DNA of 64,000 nt from Chrysochromulina tobinii (lineage: Eukaryota). Location of the stretch: assembly GCA_001275005.1 (NCBI GenBank), contig JWZX01003205.1:1-64000 (forward strand), given 5' to 3'. Numbering within the stretch: position 1 is the first letter of the stretch; each line of letters starts with the position of its first letter. Positions 10,190 through 18,645 of this stretch are shown here, in pieces. Under the pieces are notes generated by a model. That model saw only the letters and a program-made list of their open reading frames with translations. It was not told where the DNA came from and searched no databases. The position numbers and the translations under genes were made by a program.

Positions 10190-13100
10190 TCAAAGGTGAA
10201 ACACTGCCGAAGCTCTGGAAGCGGAAGGCGACGCCGTCTGCATCACACGCTCTGCGTGGCCAGCCACTCGGCGCAGGACCCTCAAGCGGATGACGCCATA
10301 CATCCGCTTGAGCCGCTTCGTCGTCTCCATGTGACCGACGGCATTCCATCCACTGACCGAGAGCACCTGATCGCCAACGAACAGCTTGCCGTGCGCGAGG
10401 GCGTCGCTTGCGACCGCATCGAGGAAGGGGTGTCCTTCGCCCGAGAGGGTGACGCCTAGCCGCGCGTTCTTGTCAGGCTTCTCGAGCACCACCTCAAGCA
10501 CGATCCCAGCGAGATCGCGCGAGGGTGCATACGGCGCAACCAGTGCCGTCGCCTCTGGTGCCGTGGCCTCAGGTGATGTCGCCTCCGGTGATGTCGCCTC
10601 TGGTGCCGTCCACTCCGGTTCCGTCCACTCCGGAGGATGCGCCGCCGTCGCCGCGGACGTCGCCGCCGCCGCCGTCGCCGCGGAAGTCGCCGCCGCCGCC
10701 GCCGCCGCGGACGTCGCCGCCGCCGCTGCCCCCCTGGATGCCCCTTTGCCATGCGCGCCCTTGGGCTTCGATGCCGACGGCACGGGGGCCTCCTTGTAGT
10801 CGACAGGGTCACGTGGCGGAGGTCTGCCACGTGGCGTCGCCGCCGGCGGCGCCGGAGCTTGCTGCTTGGGTAACTGTGCCGGCGCGGGCGCGGGGCCGTG
10901 TGTCGGCACCCTTATTTGGGTCGGCACCCTTATTTGGGTCGGCACCACCGCCTCCGGCCCCGGCTCCACTCCAGCTTCGAGAGCCTTCGCACGCGCGAGC
11001 CGATGCCAAGCAAGCACCTGGTGCTCGAGCTGCTGTCCTCGTGCGGAGGCGCTCGTGCACGGCGTGGCGCGCGCCTCAAGTACCTCGCGCATGCCTTCAC
11101 AGAGCTGCGCGAGCGCCTTGGCCGCCAGATGATGCGCCTGCGCGTGATGCACCACCTCCGCTGCCTCCACCTGCCGTCGCCGCTCGTCGAGCCGTCGAGC
11201 GTCAAGAGGCAATCAGCTTGCAATCAGCCTACAATCAGCATGCAGTCAGAGGCTCTCCCACCTGCCGTCGCCGCTCATCGAGCTGCGAGAGGAGGGCCTG
11301 CAGAGTCGGGATCGTCTGATCGGCCGTCGAGAGCAGCTCGCGCGCAGACTCCCGCACGCCCGTCGGATCCGCATAGAGCGCGTCGAGATCCTGCTCGCAG
11401 TGCGTCAGCCGCTGCCGCAGAGCGCCCACCGCGGCCTCATTATGGGCGCGGTTCATCGATAGCTGTTTGGAGAGCTCGGCCTGCTTCTTCTCGTCGCGCA
11501 CCTGTGGGGAAGGACAAGGCGCCGTGGTGAGCACATGCATGCAAGGCCCGCTTCTCATCGTCGCGCACCTCGAAGCTCGCAAGGACGCTCTCTGCCCGTG
11601 AGAGCCGTTGACGCGTCATGTCGAGCTCTTGCTGGCAAGCGAGCAACGCCGCCTCGGCAGCGGCCAGCGCACCCGAGGGCGGCCCACGAGCCGCCGCAGG
11701 CGCCGTGGTGAGCACATGCATGCAGGGCGGCCCACGAGCCGCCGCAGGCGCCGTGGTGAGCACATGCATGCAGGGCGGCCCACGAGCCGCCGCAGGCGCC
11801 GCGACGGCGAGTGCGGGCGCGGGTCTCACCTGTGGGGAAGGGCAGGGCGCCGTGGTGAGCACATGCATGCAGGGCGAGTGCGGGCGCGGGCGCGGGTCTC
11901 ACCACGGTCAGCTGTTGAGGCCCACGAGGGAGGTCGTGCGGAGGCGGCTGTCGTGGCATTTGCTGCGGCTCGCAGCCCAGCCGCCCCTGCCCATTGGGTG
12001 GACTGGGCGCCCAAATTAGTCGCGTGCTCTTGGGCGCCTTGCGCGACGTACCCCATCCCAGGCTCCGCGTCGTCGTGGTCGCGGCATCCGCCCTGCTCGT
12101 TGTAGTAGTCTGCGTCGAAGCCGCCATCTGGGGCAGCGGCACCGTGCACGCCGCCGCCATCGCCAGCGCCGCCGCCGCCGCTGCCAGTACCTACATCGCC
12201 TCCTCGTCCTCCTCGTCCTCCTCCTCCTCCTCCTCCGCCGCCGCCGCCCTTGCAGCCGCCGCCCTTGCAGCCAGTGGATTGCTCAGCTGCTCCGCTCGTG
12301 GGGGCAGCGCTGGCCGCCGCTGACCAGAGGCGCCGCTGCGCCTCTTCCGAGACGGACTGCACCGGCGCGCCCTCCTCCGCCATCCGTGGGCGCGTCGTCG
12401 TGGGCACCGGCGCGCACCCCTCCGCCATCCGTGGGCGCGTCGTCGTGGGCGCGTCGTCGTACGCGCTGTGAGGCTCCTCCTCATCATCGGTGAGTGGAGC
12501 AGCGTCCTCCATCTCGTCCCGCACGTGCAATCTCGACGAGAGCTCGGCTTGGCCACGTGTCGCGAGCATCGCTGGCGTCAGGTTCGCGAGCACTTGCTTG
12601 CTCAGCTTGGCGCCGCCCTTGCCTGTCGCGTGCAGCATGACAACTCCATCTGTAGCCGCGCCGTCCTGAGCGTCGTCCTTGGGCGGTTCCACAGCCACCG
12701 CGTCGTCCTGAGCGTCGCTCCCCGCTCCATCGCTATCCTCATACTCGACACGCTCGAGGCACGCGTCCTCGTGAGCGTGCTCGCCCTCGGCATCGTCGTG
12801 TGCGCCGCGAGCCGTGCGCCGTCGCAGCCCGGGCAGCGGCCCCTCGTCATCACTGCCGTCGGCCGCGCCGTCGTCGTCGTCGTCGCTCTCGAGCGGCTCC
12901 AGCGCTTCTCCCGCGGCGGCACCTGCGAGCGGACCCAGCCACGCCGCAGGCGCGGGCTGCAGCTCGGGGTGTGAATGCATGTGTGTGAATGTGGGGTCCA
13001 GCCACGCCGCAGGCGCGGGCTGCAGCTCGGGGTGTGCCAGCATCGTCTCGGGTTCAGGTTGCGTCTGCAGCACGTCCAGCGCCATCGCCGCCGCTACGTC

Positions 13101-16100
13101 GGCCGCAGCATCCATCGCCTCCGCTGCCGTCGCCCCCGCCTCGGGCGTCGTCTCGGGCGCGCCGCCTCCCCCGGCGAGCGTCTCGAGTGCATCGAGCGCC
13201 TGCCCAAGGAGCGTCATCAGAGATCATCAGCGGTCATCAGCGGTCATCAGCGGTCATCAGAGGTCATCAGAGGTCATCAGAGGTCATCAGCGTACCTGCC
13301 CAAGGAGCGTCACGAGCGCCTCGGGAGAGTAAAACGTCGCCACGAGCTCAGCCGTTGGGTGCTCGAGGAGCATACCGGTGATCTTGGAGGCGAGCGCTTC
13401 GTCACCTAGCTGCGCCGCCACTACTGGGTACAAAGCATTCCCAAGCTGCTGATCACGCATCGCGCTCGGCATCGCGTCGAGCGCCGCCACGTCACCTTCC
13501 GCGCTCGTCCAAGCTTTTGCGCAACAGGCCGCCTCGGAGCGCACGGCCACCGCTGGCGCTGCCTCCACTGCCCCGACTGCCTCCACAGCCTCCACAGCCT
13601 CCACTGCCCCCACTGCCTCCACGGCGGCGGCGGCGGCCGCATCGGCTTCTTGCGCGAGCGCGAGCCGCCACCGAATCAGTTTCTCTTCTTGCGCGCGCTG
13701 CTCCTCGTCGTGTCGACAGCCCTCACGCCGCTGCAGCAGCGCCAGCCACGTCCTCTGGAGCAGATTAGCCGCACGCGCGGCAGCCTCGGCGTCGAGCCGT
13801 TCGGCCTCCACCTGCATGCAATGAGGGAGGCAATCAGATGCAATCAGATGCAATCAGATGCAATCAGATGCAATCAGCCATCCGATCTTTTCGAGCCGTT
13901 CGGCCTGAGCCTTGGCGTTCACCTGCGCAGCGTGCTGCTCCGCCTCGGCCTTCGCGGCTGCCGTCGCGGCTGCCGTCGCGGCTGCCGTCGCGGCTGCCTC
14001 CGCAGCGTGCCGCTCCGCCTCAGCCGCCGCGTGCCGCTTGGCCCTCACAAGCCTCCCTCGACCGGCTGCCTGCAGCAGGCATGCCATACGTTCCTGCTGC
14101 TGCGCGCGAGCGAAGGCGAGCTCATCGGCGAACCGGTCGACATTGAAGCCCTTGCGCGAGAGCTTATCAAGGGGCCACGCGAGCAGCGACTCGAAGACGA
14201 TCTTGTCCGTGTTCTGCACCAGCTGGAGCAGCGCCGTCGCGAGCGCGTCGCCCACCGCCTCGAGCAGCTCGCGGAGCTCTAGCTGCGGATGCGGCACCAC
14301 GTGCACCACGAGCCAATCGCCCTCGGAGAGCGCGCACGCCTTGGCCTCCATCTCGATCGAGGCGAGCTCGCCAAAGCGCAGCGTGGACACGATGCCGGGC
14401 ACCTCGCTCACGACGACGCGCTGCTCACGCAGCGCCTGTTGCATGCCTTCTCGCAGGTTGGGTCGCAGCGGGCATTCGGGCTTGTCCAGGTCGTGCAGCA
14501 GCAGGCACGTGCGCTCCTCGATGCGTCGCAGCACCTGCTGCGTGAGCTTGCTGCTGCTCGGCACACTTCCCGCCACAGGGCGTGCCGAGACGGTCACCGC
14601 TTCCGAAAGCGAGCGCACGCCCAAAAAGGTGTACAACTCTTTCAAATCCGCATCCTCGGGCGCGACCAGCGGAGAAAAGAGCTCAACGTACCGCTGATTG
14701 TCCCCGATGAAGCAGCCCGCGGCGCTTACGGCGCTCCAGCTGCGCGCCGTCGCGCCGCCGCCGCCGCTGCCGCCCTTGCCGCCCTTGCCGCCACCTTCGC
14801 CCTTTGCCAGCTGATGGTAACCAATTAGCTGATGGTAACCAATTAGGCAGGGCGCGCTCGCGAGCGCAACGCGCGTCCTTTCGTCGATGGGCTCGCGCCG
14901 CAGCCCGTTCCAGAGCTCCTTGAGCACGCCGAGGTACGCCGAGATATTGGCCTGCATGCTGTCGATGCCGCGGCTGCCGTTGCGTAGCACGCAGCCGGCG
15001 AGAGCCACCGGCGATGGCGTCGCCGCGACGCCGCAACGGGCCAAAAAGGCGCCGGCCGAGGTCGAAGGGCTCTGGCTGCAGTAGTCGAGCAAGGCGCCGT
15101 ACTTTTTGCGCGCCCCGCTGAAAAAGAGAGCGTGCGGCGGCGCGTGCCCGACTCCTTGCCCGACCCCACTGCGCACTGGCACGACCGGCGCGTCCGAGAG
15201 AAGTCCCCACAGCTCTGTGCTCAGCTCGGCAGAGCGTCGGTGCATGTACTCAAAGGTGCGCTCGGCCGACTTCTCGGTCGGCGGCGCCGTGATGAGCTGG
15301 CGCACAACCGCCTCGATGCACGGACGCAACGGAAGCCGCAGCGCCGCGACGCCTGCGGGCCCGCCGAGTGCGCGCACGTCAGCGACTGCGAAGGCCCCAG
15401 GCCACGGCGACGGCTCCGAAAAAGAGACCGATGGCTTTCCGAGCAACGGCCGCCCGTGGGGCTCGAGTGTGGCCACGGATGCGCCCGAAGATCCGGCATC
15501 AGGCGCGGCGATCGGCAGCAGCGGTACGATCTCGAGGGTGGAGATCGGGTCGTACTCCGCAGCGTAGTGCTCCTCCATGTGGGAGATGAGGAAGGCAAGC
15601 GCGGCCTTTCTCACAGGCGCGTCGGCACCCGCCGCCTTGTCGAGCAGCGTGTCGAGCGGCGGCCGCTCGGCGATGCCCAGCCGCAACAGCATGCGCCGCT
15701 CGACCGCCGTCATCGACGTCCCAGACCACGGTAGGGTGGGCAGGCCCAAAGATCGCAATGCGTCAGTTGGTAGGTAGACGCTGCCGCCGCTGCCGCCGCC
15801 GCCGCCGCCGCCGCCGCTGCTGCTTGCGCGCATGGTCTCGAGCTCGGCCCAATCCTCGGGGCCCAGCATCCCTACTCGCTCGCGTGACTCAAGATAGCCC
15901 ACGAGCTCGCGATAGCCCCATCCGAGCTCTTCCATGCGTGCATGCACCAACACGACCGGTGGGTGTGAGCGCAGGCCGAGGCGTGCGAGCAGTGGGGATG
16001 GCACGCCCTCGAGCCCCGTCGCCACCGGCAGCCCGAGCTTTTCCAGCTGCGCGAGTGCGCTGGACGCCAGGTACGTTTCGGGAGGGCAGAGCATCTTGGT

Positions 16101-18322
16101 AGGCTCCACCGTGCCGCTGCTGACGCCGCCGCCATCGACGGCGCTCCCGCCGCTCGAAACGACGGGCACGCAGCGTCGGCTTCGCAGCGCTTGCACCACC
16201 GCGGCTTGCTGCTCCTCGGGCTGCTGCTCTAGGTGGGCACCCACCACGCGAAGCACAAGCGGCGCACTCTCGGGCGACTCAATGCATGCATGCCCACTAA
16301 TGAAGCCCCACCACATGTCGAAGCGGAGCTTCTGCAATCCGAGCTTCTGCTCGCACTGGCTGATGCTCAGATGGGCGGCCACGTCATGTGGCAGCGTCTC
16401 GGGCGGTAGCGGCAGCTCGGGCGGCAGCAGCGCCATGCCGCCGAGCGGGTGCAGGCTAAAAGTCGCGAGCGCTCGCGACATCCCCTCTCGACCGAGCGTC
16501 ACCTTGACTGACCGTTTGAACAATGCACGGTCGTCGGCGTCGCCAAAGGCCCGTCGGTCGTGCATCTGCGCATACCATACGAGGAGGCGGCCGAGCTGTG
16601 GGGCAGGCAGAACGGTGCCCGCGAGCTGCTCACAGAGCCGGCGCGCATCGAGCGGCCGAATGAGCGGCGGCGCGTGGCGCTCGAGCTGCTCGTAGAAAGC
16701 GAGGCAGTGGCACTCCGCGGCGGTGGGTGGGATCAGTGGCAGCTCTGTGAGGAATTCGAGGGCACCTCGCAGCTCGGCTGGCACGGTGAACACGAGGGAT
16801 GCCGGCTGCGGCCCAAAGGTACTGGGCACCACAAGCCTGTCGCCCTGCGCGAGGAATGCGTCTGAGAGTAGCTTGCTCACTGTTCGGTTGGGTGTTGAGG
16901 GTATAAAGGTATGGCCCCGGAGCAGCGCCGCGAGCCACGGAGTGAGCACAGGCGGCGGCGGCTCCTTCTTCCTCTCCTCCTCGGCCGGCGCCGAAGCGTC
17001 GGCGGGGCCCGTGCTGGCGGCGGCGGCGGCGGCGATGGCGGCGGCGGCGGCGGCGGCAGCGACTGGTGGCTTCTTTTGAAGCACCTTGACCTTGACGGGT
17101 AGCGCGCCGGTGCTACTGCCGCTCAGGCGGAGCAGCTCGTCGGTGAAGTAATGGAGCGCCATGCTGCCGGCCATCGCGAGCAGCGCCGTGTTCCAAAATT
17201 GGCAATTCTTGTCGTTCATATCGAGGGCGGTCCGCTCCATGGTCGGCAAGAACCCGCCGCACAGATGAAATCCACACCTGTCGACTGGTCCGTCTGTCCG
17301 ATTCCGATATAGATGCGGCCGTCCTCGCGCAGCGCGTGCATCGCGGCGAGCAGTGCGGCGCTGTGCGGCGACGCCGTTCCCGGCGCGTCCGCACTCGACG
17401 CTGCTGGGGCACCGCCACTCGGCACGGGGTAGAGGAGCCGCAGCGTGGAGCGATCGGGCAGGCCCTTGCCGAGAAGCCGACACAAGCCCGCGGTGACGTC
17501 GCCGAGCTTGCCGCGGTCCGTCTTGCGCACGTCCAGCTCGCCCTTGAGCTGCACGAGCTCCGTGATCGCGAGCACACGACTGAGGCTCGTGGCCGACACG
17601 GAGAGCTTTGCAACCTCGAGCGATCTCCCGCCCATGGAGAAGAGCGGACGGATCACGGCGCCGTCACGCGTCTCGGCTGGCGCGGGGCTCTCGTACGGCA
17701 CCGTACGCAGCGGTGTCAGCGCCCGGCGGAAAATGAGCGGCGCAGGCTCGTCAGTGCGCACCAGCTCGATCGTGGCGAGCGTTCGCGCGAAGAGGAGCGT
17801 CGAGCATAGGAACGAGCAAAGTTTCCCAAACTCGTCGGGTGACGCCCAGTGGGTGGCGTCCGCGCCAGCGAGCAGCGGGCACACGACGGTGGCGCCGCTC
17901 ACCAGCGTCGTCAATGCCCGCTCGTAGATGCAGTAGGCCTTGTCCTCCTTGGCAAAACGCATGGCCTTGCCGCCCGATTGGATCTCCGGCTGGTCCGAGG
18001 CCGAGAAGACTGAGTAGAAGCCGACACCGAATAGACCGACGGATGAGGAGTCCGTGTTGCCCTTGGCGATCATGGCCACGCGCTCCCAATCGGCCTCACC
18101 GAATTCGCGACCAGAGTTGGACACCTCGAGCTTGGCCACGCTGCCGTCCGCAGCCACGTGCAGGGTGATCCTGCTGTGGGTCGCCTCGGCGTCGTCGCTA
18201 TTCTGCAGCAGCTCACGCAGCACGAAGAAGGAGGCACTGTACCGTGACAGGATTTTGGACATGAGTGCCTCGTAGTCCACGCCGAGAAGCCGGCGCGTCT
18301 CGCCACCATGACCGCCCTCCAT
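10190..18322 (-). CDS. Multi-exon giant protein: sacsin/HSP90-like ATPase (DUF3684-type N-terminus), helical region, MLLE/PABC domain, coiled coil, C-terminal PDZ; one frameshift at about 17277
   Basis: ILSRYSASFFVLRELLQNSDDA..NSGREF..DWERV..IAKGN..VGLFGVGFYSVF (GHKL/sacsin motifs). GRIYIG..FLPTMERTALD..WN. MLLE: QQLGNALYPVV..ASKITGMLLE. PDZ: RLGVTL..GKLFVGDQVLSVSG. Predicted frame-consistent introns: 13812-13922, 13200-13295, 12003-12051, 11830-11902, 11502-11568, 11171-11261. That all exons form a single transcript is inferred. Confidence 0.7.
11502..11902 (-). repeat. Four copies of the cassette TGCATGCATGTGCTCACCACGGC; two are extended by a pyrimidine tract plus CAG and form intron 3' ends
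   Basis: Plus-strand gccgtggtgagcacatgcatgca at 11521, 11702, 11750 and 11849. Confidence 0.9.
13200..13295 (-). other. Predicted GT-AG intron with (CTGATGACCN)n decamer core and duplicated exon end
   Basis: CAG|GTACGC...TGACGCTCCTTGGGCAG|GCG. Removing it rejoins the two halves of the MLLE domain in frame. Confidence 0.85.
13812..13922 (-). other. Predicted GT-AG intron with (CATCTGATTG)n decamer core
   Basis: CAG|GTGAAC...TGCATGCAG|GTGGAG. Phase 0; removes an in-frame stop between the two ORFs. Confidence 0.75.
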
Positions 18323-18645
18323 GATAGCGTCACCGAGAAGGACGCGACGTTCTCCACTAACTTGGCGCCGTCTCGGGCATTTCGTAATATTTAATCTGTT
18401 TTCCACTCACGGGAGACGCTCATACACATCCTCACAAGACACGCACACACTCAAACGTCCAGGTTTTGAGCGATGGTTTTGAGATAGGAGCAGGGGGGAT
18501 GCAGCGGTGCACCAAAGAGATGGCGAGCGCCTTCTGTGCCTCGTTTCGTATTAAGCGAGCTCACGAAACCACTCGTGCACCTCAAGGTGCTAAAGTTAGG
18601 ACTGAACTGAACTTAACTGATGAGGACTGTGAAGCACGATCAAGG

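Noticed and set aside
11521..11871. Regularly recurring 23-bp repeat resembling a CRISPR array
   Set aside because: Spacing is irregular, the intervening sequences are duplicates of adjacent exon sequence, there are no cas genes, and the context is a spliced eukaryotic gene.
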